64,000 nt of DNA, taken from NCBI GenBank assembly GCA_041576975.1, contig JBFGJY010000004.1, positions 7,361-71,360 on the forward strand, read 5' to 3'. The DNA is from Gammaproteobacteria bacterium. GTDB lineage: Bacteria; Pseudomonadota; Gammaproteobacteria; UBA4575. Shown one piece after another: positions 41,952 through 53,717 of the stretch. Below the pieces are notes generated by a model. That model was not told where the DNA came from. It made no database searches and saw only the letters and a program-made list of their open reading frames with translations. Positions within the stretch are counted from its first letter, which is position 1. Each line of letters opens with the position of its first letter. The position numbers were made by a program, and so were the translations under genes.

Positions 41952-43253
41952 ATGCAGCAAAATAACGTTTGTTACCAGACATTAGAGTTTGATCAGCCTT
42001 GGACGCTAGAAAATTATAAGCGTATAGGAGGTTACTCGGCTTGGGGAAAAATTCTACGTGAAAAAATTTCACCTGATGAGGTCATTGAACAAGTTAAGGC
42101 TTCAGGTCTCCGTGGTCGTGGTGGTGCTGGTTTTCCCACAGGTTTGAAATGGAGCTTCATGCCAAGAAATCCAGATGTACAAAGTTATGTTGTATGTAAT
42201 TCAGATGAATCTGAACCAGGTACATGTAAGGACCGAGATATCTTAAGGTTTAACCCCCACTCGGTGATTGAGGGTATGGCAATAGCAGCTTATGCGATGC
42301 ATGCATCTGTAGGCTATAACTATTTGCGCGGTGAGTTTATGGATGAACCATACTTACGGTTTAAAAAAGCGTTAGATGAAGCCTACGCAGAAGGTTATTT
42401 AGGTGAGAATATTTTAGGAACGAATGTAACATTTTTCCTGCATGATGTGCTTGGCGCAGGTGCATATATATGCGGTGAAGAGACTGCGTTGCTTGAATCA
42501 CTTGAGGGGAAAAAGGGGTTGCCGCGATTTAAACCACCATTTCCTGCTAACGTAGGTCTGTATGGAAAGCCGACAACAATTAATAACACTGAAACATTCG
42601 CATCGGTGCCAAGCATTATGCGTGAAGGTGCTGAGTGGTTTTCTTTAATGGGTGTTGAAAAGAGTGGTGGCACAAAATGTTTTTCCGTTTCCGGGCATGT
42701 AAACAATCCTGGTAACTTTGAAATTCCTCTTGGTACACCTTTCTCAGAGTTACTCAAATTGGCCGGTGGTGTGCGAACGGGTCATACGCTTAAAGCAGTT
42801 ATACCTGGTGGATCATCCGTTCCAATAGTTCCAGGTGAAGTCATGCTTAGCACCAAAATGGACTATGAATCTATTACACAAGCAGGTTCTTTATTGGGGT
42901 CTGGAGCTGTAGTGGTCATGGATGAGACCACCGATATGGTAAAAGTTTTACAACGCATATCGCGTTTCTATTTTTCAGAGTCTTGTGGCCAATGTACGCC
43001 TTGCAGAGAAGGTACAGGTTGGTTATATCGCATGATTACTCGTATTGTTGAAGGAAGGGGTCAAGCAGAAGACATAGAAAAGTTGAATGACATTGCTCGT
43101 AAAATTGAAGGGCGGACCATTTGCGCATTAGGTGATGCAGCTGCCATGCCAGTACATAGTTTTATTAAACATTACCGCGAAGAATTCATCCATTATATAG
43201 AGCATGGCTATAGCATATTAGATAAAGTCAAATCTGAAAGTGTCGCAGCATAA
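41952..43253 (+). CDS. nuoF: NADH-quinone oxidoreductase subunit F
   Basis: The motifs [13 protein letters not shown] (FMN/NADH), …[15 protein letters not shown]… and the 4Fe-4S site [11 protein letters not shown] are present. Confidence 0.96.
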   Translation: MQQNNVCYQTLEFDQPWTLENYKRIGGYSAWGKILREKISPDEVIEQVKASGLRGRGGAGFPTGLKWSFMPRNPDVQSYVVCNSDESEPGTCKDRDILRFNPHSVIEGMAIAAYAMHASVGYNYLRGEFMDEPYLRFKKALDEAYAEGYLGENILGTNVTFFLHDVLGAGAYICGEETALLESLEGKKGLPRFKPPFPANVGLYGKPTTINNTETFASVPSIMREGAEWFSLMGVEKSGGTKCFSVSGHVNNPGNFEIPLGTPFSELLKLAGGVRTGHTLKAVIPGGSSVPIVPGEVMLSTKMDYESITQAGSLLGSGAVVVMDETTDMVKVLQRISRFYFSESCGQCTPCREGTGWLYRMITRIVEGRGQAEDIEKLNDIARKIEGRTICALGDAAAMPVHSFIKHYREEFIHYIEHGYSILDKVKSESVAA

Positions 43254-43272
43254 ATAGTATTATTAAATTTTA

Positions 43273-45654
43273 ATGTCTGAAGAAACTATTCAATTATTTA
43301 TAAATGACAAAGAGATATCTGCGTCAAAAGGTGCAATGTTGATTGAAGTTGCAGATCAACAAGATATAGACATCCCACGTTTTTGTTATCACAAAAAATT
43401 ATCAGTCGCTGCAAATTGTCGCATGTGTATGGTGGAAGTAGAAAAAGCGCCGAAGCCATTGCCGGCATGTGCTACACCGGTTATTGAAGGCATGAAAGTC
43501 TACACCAAGTCCCCAATTGCACTTGATGCGCAAAAAAGCACTATGGAATTCTTGCTTATAAATCATCCTCTTGATTGTCCAGTATGTGATCAAGGTGGAG
43601 AATGCGAGCTACAAGATATCGCCATGGGATATGGTGAAGATGTATCGCGTTATATGGAACGTAAACGTGTGGTGCCGGATAAAAATTTGGGCCCATTAGT
43701 ATCCACCGATATGACACGTTGTATCCATTGCACGCGTTGTGTTCGCTTTGGTAGTGAAATTGCAGGAATACGAGAACTCGGCGCAACAGGCCGTGGTGAG
43801 TTTATGGAAATTGGAACCTATGTAGAACGTTCACTTGGTTCCGAATTGTCAGGCAATGTCATCGATATTTGTCCCGTAGGCGCACTCAATGCCAAACCTT
43901 CTCGTATGCAAGCACGTTCTTGGGAGATGATGCAGTCATCCAGTATCGCACCGCATGACGGTGTAGGCTCAAATATTTATCTGCACACACTACGTAATAA
44001 AGTCATGCGTGTGGTGCCACGAGAAAATGAGGAGCTTAACGAAACGTGGATATCAGATCGTGATCGTTTCAGCTACGAAGGGTTACATGCAAGTGACCGG
44101 GCTACACGGCCAATGTTAAAAGGTGATCGAGGCTGGCAGGCCTGTGATTGGGATAGTTGTTTAGATAAAGTGGTAGAAAAGTTAACACAATATTCTCCAG
44201 AACAAATAGGTATATTAGCTTCACCACACTCAACCTTAGAAGAACTATATATACTACAAAAAGTATTCCGTTGGCTAAACGTTCAAAATATTGATCACCG
44301 TACACGACAAGTTGATTTTACTGATCAGGAATCTATGCCATTGTTCCCATATTTGGGGCAATCAATAGAATCTACTGAAGAAAACGATGCAATCTTTTTA
44401 ATTGGTTGTGATATTCGACTTGAACAACCCATGCTTGCACATCGAATGCGAAAAGCAAGTTCAAGAGGTTGTAAATTTACAGCATTAAACCCACAAAAAT
44501 TTGATTTTCATTTTTTAAATCAAAATACATGGAATTTGGCACCACAACAATGGGTATACGCCTTGGCAGAGATTGTGAAGTGTGCGCAATCCAGTGCATT
44601 GCAACAGCTTCCGCCTATACTTAACGATATTGTTGATGAAGTCTCAGTTTCTACACAGGCACAACAGATTTTTGATTTATTAAGCAATGCGAAAAAAGCA
44701 AGTGTATTTATTGGCGCTATTGCAGAAAGTCATCCTCAAGCTTCGGTGCTACGCGCATTTGCTAATTTTATTGCGAACATCACTAACTCAAATTTCGGTA
44801 TCATCGCGCAAGCGGGTAACTCAGTAGGCGCATGGTTATGTGGAATGATTCCACACCGATTACCTGCTGGCAAAACCAATTCTAATAACGGCTTGAACTC
44901 AGCTGAAATGCTAGCCAATCCAAGACAAGCCTATGTGTTATTTAATTTAGAGCCCGAATTCGATTTCGCTGATGCACCGATAGCAATAAAAGCTATGCAA
45001 GAAGCTGAGTTCGTAGTGATATTTTCCCCATATGTCACTAGTCAGATGCAAGACTATGCCGATGTCATACTGCCGATTGCAAGCTTTGCAGAAACCGATG
45101 GTACATATGTGAACGCAGAAGGGCGCTGGCAAAGTGTGACGAAATCTATCCCCGCGCCTGAAGAGGCGCGTCCTGCATGGCGAATTTTACGCGTAATAGC
45201 CAATAAGCTTGGATTTGAAGAAGTGAAGTATCAATCTAGCCAACAAATTCGAGATGAAATTAAAGCGCTATTTGGGCAGGGAGTTGAGTTTGATAGTAAT
45301 CTCAGTAATTTGGCTAACGTGAATTCAAATTTAGACCAAGGAAATTTATTTCGAGTATCTAGTACACCAACATATGCAGTTGATAATGTTGTAAGACGCG
45401 CAACGTCTTTGCAAGATACTATGTATGAACAGCAACCCTATGTTGCGATGTGTGAACAACAGGCACGTGAACTAGAAGTATTAAATGAAACTAAGGTCCG
45501 AGTTGTACAAGGGCATCAAGAGATGGCCTTGGCTTTACAAATCAATCAAGCATTGCCTATGAAGTGTGTTTGGATACAAAAAAGTGCAAGACAGTTAGAT
45601 CAACTTGGAACGACAATTGCGCCAGTAGAAATTCAGAGGTTAGTTCATGCATAA
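43273..45654 (+). CDS. nuoG: NADH-quinone oxidoreductase subunit G
   Basis: The N-terminal 2Fe-2S site ([15 protein letters not shown]), 4Fe-4S motifs ([16 protein letters not shown]) and a molybdopterin-like domain are present. Confidence 0.95.
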   Translation: MSEETIQLFINDKEISASKGAMLIEVADQQDIDIPRFCYHKKLSVAANCRMCMVEVEKAPKPLPACATPVIEGMKVYTKSPIALDAQKSTMEFLLINHPLDCPVCDQGGECELQDIAMGYGEDVSRYMERKRVVPDKNLGPLVSTDMTRCIHCTRCVRFGSEIAGIRELGATGRGEFMEIGTYVERSLGSELSGNVIDICPVGALNAKPSRMQARSWEMMQSSSIAPHDGVGSNIYLHTLRNKVMRVVPRENEELNETWISDRDRFSYEGLHASDRATRPMLKGDRGWQACDWDSCLDKVVEKLTQYSPEQIGILASPHSTLEELYILQKVFRWLNVQNIDHRTRQVDFTDQESMPLFPYLGQSIESTEENDAIFLIGCDIRLEQPMLAHRMRKASSRGCKFTALNPQKFDFHFLNQNTWNLAPQQWVYALAEIVKCAQSSALQQLPPILNDIVDEVSVSTQAQQIFDLLSNAKKASVFIGAIAESHPQASVLRAFANFIANITNSNFGIIAQAGNSVGAWLCGMIPHRLPAGKTNSNNGLNSAEMLANPRQAYVLFNLEPEFDFADAPIAIKAMQEAEFVVIFSPYVTSQMQDYADVILPIASFAETDGTYVNAEGRWQSVTKSIPAPEEARPAWRILRVIANKLGFEEVKYQSSQQIRDEIKALFGQGVEFDSNLSNLANVNSNLDQGNLFRVSSTPTYAVDNVVRRATSLQDTMYEQQPYVAMCEQQARELEVLNETKVRVVQGHQEMALALQINQALPMKCVWIQKSARQLDQLGTTIAPVEIQRLVHA

Positions 45655-45695
45655 ATGTTGGATTGGTGCACTTGTTGAAATCCAAAGAGGTTTTC

Positions 45696-46769
45696 ATGCT
45701 TGAATGGTGGCTGAATTTAACTGCAGCAATACCATCCATAGTGATGACTACTGCATACATGTTTGCATTTATTCTGGTGCTGTTTGGCTGTGTAGCTTAT
45801 GTGACTTTGGCGGAGCGTAAAGTCATTGGTTTTATGCAGGTACGCATTGGTCCAAATCGTGTAGGACCCAGAGGTTTAGGGCAGCCTATTGCAGATGCAT
45901 TGAAGTTAATGTTTAAAGAAATGATTTTGCCTAACGATGCAGATCGTTTTTTATTTCGATTGGCGCCACTTTTATCAATGATCCCAGCGTTAGCAGCATG
46001 GGTGGTTATTCCATTTGCTGAAGGTTGGAATTTTGCCGACATTAATGCAGGGCTGCTGTACATATTAGCGATGACATCTTTAGGCGTATATGGAGTCATC
46101 GTGGCTGGTTGGGCTTCTAATTCTAAATACGCATTGCTGGGAGCCTTGCGTTCAGCTGCACAAATTGTTGCTTATGAAATTGCCATGGGTTTTGCATTGG
46201 TAGGAGTATTAATGGCCAGTGGTAGTTTAAATCTCGGTGATATTGTGATGGCGCAGCAAGGTAAGTTTTTTTGGAATTGGTATTGGGTGCCTTTATTACC
46301 ATTATTTTTAACTTATCTTATAGCAGGTGTTGCAGAAACCAATCGCGCGCCATTCGATGTTGTGGAAGGCGAATCAGAAATAGTCGCAGGCTTCCACGTT
46401 GAATATTCAGGTATGGGTTTCGCGTTATTTTTCTTAGCGGAATATGCCAATATTATATTAATTTCGGCATTGACATCGGTATTATTTTTAGGCGGTTGGT
46501 TGAGTCCTTTAGAAGGATTTCCCCTCTTTCCTTCCCATTTATTTCATTTGCCATATATAGGTGCGGCACTGGCTTCAGGCCCACATTGGTTTATTGCAAA
46601 AACCTGTTTCTTTATTTTTTGTTTTCTATGGTTTCGTGCAACATTTCCTCGTTACCGCTATGACCAAATCATGCGACTAGGTTGGAAAGTTTTATTGCCA
46701 GTGACCTTGATTTGGATATTTGTAGAAGGGGCATTGCTTTATTTCAATGTATCACCATGGTTTGATTAA
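45696..46769 (+). CDS. nuoH: NADH-quinone oxidoreductase subunit H
   Basis: The conserved start reads MLEWWLN…[20 protein letters not shown]. The RBS is AAGAGG with a 5-nt spacer. ORF 45564 extends 44 codons upstream into nuoG. Confidence 0.93.
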   Translation: MLEWWLNLTAAIPSIVMTTAYMFAFILVLFGCVAYVTLAERKVIGFMQVRIGPNRVGPRGLGQPIADALKLMFKEMILPNDADRFLFRLAPLLSMIPALAAWVVIPFAEGWNFADINAGLLYILAMTSLGVYGVIVAGWASNSKYALLGALRSAAQIVAYEIAMGFALVGVLMASGSLNLGDIVMAQQGKFFWNWYWVPLLPLFLTYLIAGVAETNRAPFDVVEGESEIVAGFHVEYSGMGFALFFLAEYANIILISALTSVLFLGGWLSPLEGFPLFPSHLFHLPYIGAALASGPHWFIAKTCFFIFCFLWFRATFPRYRYDQIMRLGWKVLLPVTLIWIFVEGALLYFNVSPWFD

Positions 46770-46778
46770 GCGCATCTT

Positions 46779-47267
46779 ATGAATAAGATACAAAACATCA
46801 TTCGTAGTTTTACTTTGTCAGAGTTGCTTAAAGGTATGCGCTTAACAGGCCGTCGTTTTGTATCTAAAAAATTTACGATTCAATATCCTGAAGAAAAAAC
46901 CCCACAATCGCCAAGATTTCGAGGCTTACATGCATTGCGACGCTATCCAAGCGGAGAAGAACGCTGTATTGGTTGTAAATTATGTGAAGCGGTATGTCCT
47001 GCATTAGCGATTACCATTGATACTGAAGAACGTGAAGATGGTAGTCGGCGTACAACCCGTTATGACATCGATTTATTTAAATGTGTTTACTGTGGATTTT
47101 GTGAAGAATCCTGTCCGGTAGATGCCATTGTGGAAACGCGTGAATTTGAATATTCGTTTTTTGAACGCGGTACTCAGATTATGACTAAAGACATGTTGCT
47201 TGAGGTGGGAAGAAAATATGAGGATCAAATAGCGGCAGATCGTCAGGCGGACGCGGCATATCGATAA
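46779..47267 (+). CDS. nuoI: NADH-quinone oxidoreductase subunit I
   Basis: Two 4Fe-4S ferredoxin motifs are present ([24 protein letters not shown]). Confidence 0.95.
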   Translation: MNKIQNIIRSFTLSELLKGMRLTGRRFVSKKFTIQYPEEKTPQSPRFRGLHALRRYPSGEERCIGCKLCEAVCPALAITIDTEEREDGSRRTTRYDIDLFKCVYCGFCEESCPVDAIVETREFEYSFFERGTQIMTKDMLLEVGRKYEDQIAADRQADAAYR

Positions 47268-47299
47268 CTAAAAACGTAAGTCGAAATAATATAAAAAGA

Positions 47300-47887
47300 A
47301 TGTTAGTACAAAGTACTGTTTTTTACTTTTTTGCAACAGTTTTGGTGCTGTCTGCGATTGCTATGATTACAGTGCGTAACCCAGTGCATGCGGCCTTGTT
47401 TTTAGTTTTAGCATTCTTCACTAGCGCTGCTATCTGGTTATTACTTGAAGCAGAGTTTTTAGGCATTGCCTTGGTATTGGTATATGTGGGTGCAGTCATG
47501 GTGTTGTTTTTATTTGTCGTCATGATGCTTGATATCAATATTGCCAAAATGCGTGCAGGGTTTGCCAAATATTTGCCATTAGGTCTTGTTGTTGGGGTGA
47601 TAATTGCCGCAGAAATGATCGTGGTATTAAATGATCCTGCTTTTAATCTACAAAAGCCTCATTCAAAACCTGCCGATTATAGTAATACACAAGAGTTAGG
47701 TGAACTTTTGTTCACCGAGTATGTGTATCCATTTGAAATAGCAGGTGTCATATTGTTAGTCGCTATCATTGCTGCGATAGTTTTAACCATGCGTAAAAGC
47801 ACTGTCGCAAAGCGCCAGAGTCCTTCAAAGCAAATTAATATAAATAAAAAAGATCGAGTACGTTTAGTTTCCCTTAATAAAGAATGA
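47300..47887 (+). CDS. nuoJ: NADH-quinone oxidoreductase subunit J
   Basis: 195 aa, hydrophobic, in the expected position in the operon. Confidence 0.88.
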   Translation: MLVQSTVFYFFATVLVLSAIAMITVRNPVHAALFLVLAFFTSAAIWLLLEAEFLGIALVLVYVGAVMVLFLFVVMMLDINIAKMRAGFAKYLPLGLVVGVIIAAEMIVVLNDPAFNLQKPHSKPADYSNTQELGELLFTEYVYPFEIAGVILLVAIIAAIVLTMRKSTVAKRQSPSKQININKKDRVRLVSLNKE

Positions 47888-47933
47888 ATAACTTAATTAT
47901 TTAACAGACACAGAAACATAAAAAACAAAAATA

Positions 47934-48239
47934 ATGATCACTTTGACGCATTTTCTTGTGCTTGGCGCAATTATTTTTTCTCTTAGTATTGCAGGAATTT
48001 TTCTAAATCGAAAAAACGTCATTCTATTGTTAATGGCGATTGAATTGATGCTGTTGGCAGTTAATATGAATTTTATTGCCTTTTCACATTATCTCGATGA
48101 TCTATCGGGCCAAGTATTTGTATTTTTTATTCTCACAGTTGCTGCTGCAGAAGCTGCAATTGGCTTAGCAATTTTGGTAGTACTGTACCGCAACCGCATG
48201 ACTATTAATGTACAAGACCTTGAGAACTTAAAAGGTTAG
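47934..48239 (+). CDS. nuoK: NADH-quinone oxidoreductase subunit K
   Basis: 101 aa with 3 TM helices and the conserved Glu residues (…[10 protein letters not shown]…, …[11 protein letters not shown]…). Confidence 0.92.
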   Translation: MITLTHFLVLGAIIFSLSIAGIFLNRKNVILLLMAIELMLLAVNMNFIAFSHYLDDLSGQVFVFFILTVAAAEAAIGLAILVVLYRNRMTINVQDLENLKG

Positions 48240-48252
48240 TTTAATAGAAGAA

Positions 48253-50199
48253 ATGAAGACGCTTTGTATAATTATTGTTTTGGCACCTCTGATTGCAGCT
48301 TTGATTGCGGGTTTATTTGGAAGAAAGATTGGTCGTAGTGGCACACATTGGACCACCATATTAGGGGTATTTCTCTCCTTCGTTTTAAGTTTTGTCGTAT
48401 TTAAGCAAGTCATCTTTGATAATACACCCCATTCGTCGATCGATATTTATAATTGGTTCGTTGTTGGCGACTTTGCATTCAAGATTGGTTTTTTAATCGA
48501 TCCATTAACTGTCACCATGATGACCGTTGTGACGTTTGTGTCTTTAATGGTGCATATCTATACCATTGGTTACATGCACGATGATCCAGGTTACCAACGT
48601 TTTTTTTCATATATTTCTTTGTTCACTTTTTCTATGTTGATGCTAGTGATGGCGAATAACTTTTTACAGCTATTTTTTGGATGGGAAGCAGTTGGCTTGG
48701 TTTCGTATTTACTGATTGGATTCTGGTATACAAAAGAATCGGCAATATTTGCAAACTTAAAGGCCTTTTTGGTAAATCGAGTTGGTGATTTTGGATTCCT
48801 TTTAGGTATTGCGGCAATCTTAGCGGTTTTCAACAGCTTGGATTATCAAACTGTTTTCGATCAGGCTGCGACGGTTACAGAGCAAACGTTTTCAATCTCT
48901 GAAAACATCCATTGGCCTGTTATGACAGTAATTTGTTTGCTGTTGTTTGTCGGGGCAATGGGTAAATCCGCACAAGTGCCTTTACATGTTTGGCTACCTG
49001 ATTCCATGGAAGGTCCCACACCGATTTCAGCTCTCATTCATGCAGCGACTATGGTTACGGCAGGTATCTTTATGGTGGCGCGCATGTCACCTTTATTTGA
49101 ATTAAGTGATACCACGCTTTCAGTAATTCTTGTAATTGGCGCATTGACGGCATTCTTTATGGGCTTGGTAGGCATTGTCCAAAACGACATAAAAAGAGTT
49201 GTGGCCTATTCAACGTTATCACAATTGGGTTATATGACGGTTGCCTTAGGGGCTTCTGCATATTCGATCGCTATATTTCATTTGTTTACGCATGCATTTT
49301 TTAAGGCGTTATTGTTCCTAGCTGCGGGCTCAGTCATAGTGGCCCTGCATCATGAACAAGATATGCGCAACATGGGTGGATTGCGCAAGCACATGCCAAT
49401 CACGTATTGGACCGCACTAATTGGCGCACTTGCTTTAATAGGCTTTCCAGGTTTTTCTGGATTCTTTTCTAAAGATGCCATCATCGAAGCTGTCAATCAT
49501 TCGGATTTACCGGGTGCGCAATTTGCTTATGTGCTGGTACTTGCAGGGGTGTTTGTGACTGCGTTTTATACATTTCGAATGTTGTTTATGACATTTCATG
49601 GTGAATCCAGAATGGATTCACATACGGAACAACACGTCAAGGAATCGCCAAAAGTCATTACCGTGCCACTGATATTGTTAGCGATTCCTTCCGTGGTTGC
49701 GGGATTATTTATTGGCCAGTTTGTTTTTGGTGGTTATTTTGCCAACAGTATTTTTATATCGGATAGCCATCGTGCGATCGCTGAAATGCAATACCATTAT
49801 CATGGCGTGTGGTCTTTTGTATTGCATGGGTTACAAGGCAAAGTTGTCTGGCTTGCGCTAGCTGGGGTCATTTGTGCCTGGTGGATGTATTTGCAACAAC
49901 CGCAGCTTGCGGAGAAATTAAAACAAAAACTATCTGTTCTATATAAAGTGTTATTACATAAATACGGCTTTGATGAGTTCTATCAAATGTTCTTTGCAAC
50001 GGGTACGCGCAAAATGGGCTCATTCTGCGATTCATTTGGAGACCGGCTATTAATTGATGGATTGGTCGTGAATGGCTCCGCAAAGTTTGTGAATTGGTTT
50101 TCTGCAAGAGCACGGAAAATTCAAACAGGACATCTGTATGACTACGCATTTGTAATAATTATTGGATTGTTGTTTTTGCTTAGTATACGTTTTTTGTAA
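48253..50199 (+). CDS. nuoL: NADH-quinone oxidoreductase subunit L
   Basis: 648 aa of the antiporter-like family (…LPDSMEGPTPISALIHAATMVTAG…) with a long C-terminal amphipathic arm. Confidence 0.95.
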   Translation: MKTLCIIIVLAPLIAALIAGLFGRKIGRSGTHWTTILGVFLSFVLSFVVFKQVIFDNTPHSSIDIYNWFVVGDFAFKIGFLIDPLTVTMMTVVTFVSLMVHIYTIGYMHDDPGYQRFFSYISLFTFSMLMLVMANNFLQLFFGWEAVGLVSYLLIGFWYTKESAIFANLKAFLVNRVGDFGFLLGIAAILAVFNSLDYQTVFDQAATVTEQTFSISENIHWPVMTVICLLLFVGAMGKSAQVPLHVWLPDSMEGPTPISALIHAATMVTAGIFMVARMSPLFELSDTTLSVILVIGALTAFFMGLVGIVQNDIKRVVAYSTLSQLGYMTVALGASAYSIAIFHLFTHAFFKALLFLAAGSVIVALHHEQDMRNMGGLRKHMPITYWTALIGALALIGFPGFSGFFSKDAIIEAVNHSDLPGAQFAYVLVLAGVFVTAFYTFRMLFMTFHGESRMDSHTEQHVKESPKVITVPLILLAIPSVVAGLFIGQFVFGGYFANSIFISDSHRAIAEMQYHYHGVWSFVLHGLQGKVVWLALAGVICAWWMYLQQPQLAEKLKQKLSVLYKVLLHKYGFDEFYQMFFATGTRKMGSFCDSFGDRLLIDGLVVNGSAKFVNWFSARARKIQTGHLYDYAFVIIIGLLFLLSIRFL

Positions 50200-50207
50200 A
50201 AGTCTCC

Positions 50208-51719
50208 ATGTTTGCATCGCTTCCCACTCTTAGTCTTGTAATTTGGTTGCCTATTTTTGGTGGTTTGCTAGTAATCGCGGCCAAGAAATTGTCAGTCGAT
50301 GCTGTGCGATGGTTGTCGCTACTGATAGCAGCGATAACTTTTATTGTAAGCAGCGGATTAGTTAGCGGATTTGATGGCAGTAGCTATGAAATGCAATTTT
50401 ATGAGCATCTTCCCTGGATACAAGCATTTAATATTCATTACTCACTTGGCGTAGATGGAATTTCTGTACCACTAATATTACTCACAACAATTATCACTGT
50501 GCTCGTGATTATTGCAGGATGGGAAATTTCATCAGAGCGCATCGCTGAATACTTTGCTTCGTTTTTAATCTTAGAAGGCTTAATGATAGGCGTTTTTTGT
50601 GCGCTTGATGCCATCCTCTTTTACGTCTTCTTTGAGGGCATGTTAATTCCAATGTTTTTAATTATTGGCATATGGGGTGGGCCACGCAGAGTCTATGCGA
50701 CAATAAAATTCTTTTTATACACATTCTTTGGTTCTGTATTTCTATTAATTGCACTTATCTACCTCTACTTAAATGCCGGCACGTTTGAAATTGCGCAGTT
50801 ACAACAATTTAAGTTAGAAGCAAACGAGCAAATCTTAATATTTTTAGCTTTTCTTATTGCCTTTGCGGTAAAGATTCCAATGTGGCCCGTGCATACCTGG
50901 TTACCTGATGCTCATGTGGAGGCGCCTACTGGAGGTTCTGTAGTGTTAGCAGCTATCCTATTGAAAGTGGGTGGCTATGGTTTTTTGCGTTTTAGTATTC
51001 CGATCACACCTTATGCCAGTAACAAATTGGCCTATTTAATTATTGCCATCTCGTTGATTGCAGTGGTGTATATAGGTTTAGTAGCGTTGGCACAACGTGA
51101 TATGAAAAAGTTAATTGCCTATTCTTCAATTGCACATATGGGATTTGTCACACTTGGATTTTTTGTGATTTTTGCATTATTCACAAGAAGCCATTCACAT
51201 GCAGAGTTAGCGGTGCAAGGTGGCATGGTACAAATGATTTCACATGGTTTTATTTCCGGAGCATTGTTCCTGTGTGTTGGAGTTTTGTATGACCGCATGC
51301 ATAGCAGACAGATAGCTGATTACGGAGGTGTGGTAAACAGCATGCCTAAATTTGCAACGTTTTTCGTAATTTTTGCGTTGGCAAATGCCGGATTGCCAGG
51401 CACTTCTGGATTTGTCGGAGAGTTTATGGTGATTCTAGCAAGCTTTAATGCAAATGTGTGGTATGCATTTCTTGCTGCATTAACCTTAATTCTTGGTGCT
51501 GCATACACTCTTTGGATGATAAAGCGAGTTGTATTTGGAGCAGTCGCTAACGAGCAAGTCGCAAAGCTAAGTGATCTCAACCATAGAGAATTTATCTGCT
51601 TATTTGTTTTGACATTGCTTGTACTTTGGTTAGGACTTTGGCCAGCGCCACTGATTGAAATAATGGATGCATCTGTAACGCATCTGCTCCAGCAAGCACA
51701 GCTGACAAATCTCAAATAA
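50208..51719 (+). CDS. nuoM: NADH-quinone oxidoreductase subunit M
   Basis: 503 aa of the antiporter-like family (…WLPDAHVEAPTGGSVVLAAILLK…). Confidence 0.95.
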   Translation: MFASLPTLSLVIWLPIFGGLLVIAAKKLSVDAVRWLSLLIAAITFIVSSGLVSGFDGSSYEMQFYEHLPWIQAFNIHYSLGVDGISVPLILLTTIITVLVIIAGWEISSERIAEYFASFLILEGLMIGVFCALDAILFYVFFEGMLIPMFLIIGIWGGPRRVYATIKFFLYTFFGSVFLLIALIYLYLNAGTFEIAQLQQFKLEANEQILIFLAFLIAFAVKIPMWPVHTWLPDAHVEAPTGGSVVLAAILLKVGGYGFLRFSIPITPYASNKLAYLIIAISLIAVVYIGLVALAQRDMKKLIAYSSIAHMGFVTLGFFVIFALFTRSHSHAELAVQGGMVQMISHGFISGALFLCVGVLYDRMHSRQIADYGGVVNSMPKFATFFVIFALANAGLPGTSGFVGEFMVILASFNANVWYAFLAALTLILGAAYTLWMIKRVVFGAVANEQVAKLSDLNHREFICLFVLTLLVLWLGLWPAPLIEIMDASVTHLLQQAQLTNLK

Positions 51720-51724
51720 TCATC

Positions 51725-53161
51725 ATGAATAATTTAACTGCAGATTTAATCCTTGCTATGCCTGAAGTTGCATTGTTGCTAGCGACTTCTGCGGTGTTGA
51801 TGATCAGCCTATTTGCTGGTCGAGCCAGTGAAGCAGTCGCGTACTGGTTGAGTTTAGTTGCATTAATTGGAACATTTGCATTGGTGTATTTTGCCCCACT
51901 GCGTACTAATTCATTTGCTTTTGCAGGCATGTACATTGATGACGAGCTGGCTAGTGCCATCAAGTTATTTGTATGTGCAACTGTGGCCGTAGTTTTTGTA
52001 TATGCACGGCCTTACTTAACGCAACGTGCTCATGCAAAAGCTGAGTTTTATATTTTAGGCTTATTTGCAACGCTTGGAATGTTAGTGATGGCATCTGCAC
52101 ATAATTTTATATTAATCTACTTAGGTCTAGAGCTGCTATCTTTATGTCTATACGCCTTGGTAGCCTATGTGCGTGATTCAGGCGATGCGTCTGAAGCTGC
52201 AATAAAATATTTTGTTTTAGGGGCAATAGCTTCTGGCATGTTGCTGTATGGAATGTCGATTTTATATGGAATATCTGGGACATTGGATTTAGCCGAATTG
52301 AACCGTTATTTGGAAAATGTAAATGAATTTAATATACCTTTAGTATTTGCATTAACCTTTGTGGTTGTTGGTGTTGCGTTTAAATTTGGCGCAATTCCTT
52401 TTCATATGTGGGTGCCTGATGTTTATCAAGGCGCACCCACCGCGATTACTTTATTTATCGCCACTGCGCCAAAATTTGCAGCATATATAATGGCAATACG
52501 CCTACTGAGCGATGGGTTACAAGAGTTACTTTCTGATTGGCAAGGAATGCTGATAATTTTAGCTGCTTTATCGTTAATATTTGGCAATGTTATTGCCATT
52601 GCACAAAGTAATATTAAACGCATGCTCGCGTACTCTACGATTTCGCATATTGGATTTGTGCTACTGGGGCTATTGTCCGGTAACGATTTTGGATATGCCG
52701 CCGCGCTTTTTTATACGGTTGTTTACGTTCTTATGGCAGCTGGTGCGTTTGGTGTATTGGTTCTGCTTAGTCATCAAAACAAAGAAGTGGATGCGCTAGT
52801 TCACCTAAAAGGCCTGAGCAGATCTAATCCATGGGTTGCTTTGATGATGTTATTGCTTATGTTTTCAATGGCAGGTGTGCCTTTGACAGTTGGTTTTTAT
52901 GCCAAGCTGTATATTTTACAAAGTCTAATTGATAACGACATGTTATGGTTAGCGATACTAGCAATTGTAATGTCTATTATTGGTGCGTTTTATTATTTGC
53001 GTGTAGTGAAATTTATGTATTTTGATGAAGTGGAAGAGAAGCTCTACACACAACATTCAATGCTTGCACAAACGGTGTTATCGATTAATGGTTTATCAAT
53101 TGTGGCATTGTTTATCTTCCCCAATGCATTGCTGAATTACTGTATTCAAGTGATCAATTAA
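51725..53161 (+). CDS. nuoN: NADH-quinone oxidoreductase subunit N
   Basis: 478 aa and the last gene of the operon (…FHMWVPDVYQGAPT…). Confidence 0.94.
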   Translation: MNNLTADLILAMPEVALLLATSAVLMISLFAGRASEAVAYWLSLVALIGTFALVYFAPLRTNSFAFAGMYIDDELASAIKLFVCATVAVVFVYARPYLTQRAHAKAEFYILGLFATLGMLVMASAHNFILIYLGLELLSLCLYALVAYVRDSGDASEAAIKYFVLGAIASGMLLYGMSILYGISGTLDLAELNRYLENVNEFNIPLVFALTFVVVGVAFKFGAIPFHMWVPDVYQGAPTAITLFIATAPKFAAYIMAIRLLSDGLQELLSDWQGMLIILAALSLIFGNVIAIAQSNIKRMLAYSTISHIGFVLLGLLSGNDFGYAAALFYTVVYVLMAAGAFGVLVLLSHQNKEVDALVHLKGLSRSNPWVALMMLLLMFSMAGVPLTVGFYAKLYILQSLIDNDMLWLAILAIVMSIIGAFYYLRVVKFMYFDEVEEKLYTQHSMLAQTVLSINGLSIVALFIFPNALLNYCIQVIN

Positions 53162-53236
53162 ATAAAATGGGCAATTCACGCAATTTAGTAGATAACTTGA
53201 AAAGACTAGATTGAATCAGTACACTCCCGCTTCCTG

Positions 53237-53313
53237 GTGCGGGGTGGAGCAGTCTGGCAGCTCGTCGGGCTCATAACCCGAAGGTCGCAGGTTCAAATCC
53301 TGCCCCCGCTACC
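53237..53313 (+). tRNA. Initiator tRNA-fMet (anticodon CAT)
   Basis: The sequence is near-identical to E. coli tRNA-fMet (TGCGGGGTGGAGCAG…CTCATAACCC…GGTTCAAATCC…CCCCGCTACCA). Positions 1:72 are mismatched (T·T), the anticodon stem has three G-C pairs, and the discriminator A73 is followed by CCA. Confidence 0.9.
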
Positions 53314-53347
53314 AATCGCATCACACTACAATTCTTCAGCAACATTC

Positions 53348-53425
53348 TTGCGGTTAGGATCCCGACGCGGGCTCAAATTCCATATCTTGGCGATGTTCAC
53401 AGGTTCAAATCCTGCCCCCGCTACC
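53348..53425 (+). pseudogene. Degenerate tandem copy of tRNA-fMet. The 3' 27 nt (CAGGTTCAAATCCTGCCCCCGCTACCA) are exact, but the 5' two-thirds have diverged and no longer fold as a tRNA.
   Basis: 53399..53425 is identical to 53287..53313. The upstream 50 nt keep only scattered identity (TGCGG…CG.CGGGCTCA.AA..CC). The two copies are the same length. Confidence 0.6.
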
Positions 53426-53717
53426 AAAAGATTTGCACCTAATTGATATCGCGCATCTATTTTTGGTCTCGCACGAATAATTCTGCCACTAGTCTAAAAA
53501 GTAGGTGTAGCAGCTTTTTGCTACAAATTAATTTGCGTGTAATACAAACACACAAGTGTCCCACGCGCATGAATTATGCGAGTCCACCTGAGCTCGCCAC
53601 GAACACGTAGCGATGCAATAAGTTGTTTCTTGTGAACTTATTCCTAATCACACATTGTCAAAGTAGTAATATAGCTACTACTATATTTTTACAAATCAAC
53701 GGAAATAAGAAATTAAT

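Noticed and set aside
45564-45695. N-terminal 44-codon extension of nuoH overlapping nuoG by 91 nt
   Set aside because: The conserved NuoH N-terminus starts at the internal Met (MLEWWLN) with a good RBS (AAGAGG-5-ATG). The extension is an artefact of longest-ORF calling. The same reasoning applies to the nuoD 40119 and dnaJ 21990 ORF starts.
53237-53446. 69-aa plus-strand ORF 'MRGGAVWQLVGL…'
   Set aside because: It is exactly co-extensive with the tRNA-fMet gene and its degenerate copy, so it is translation of tRNA sequence.
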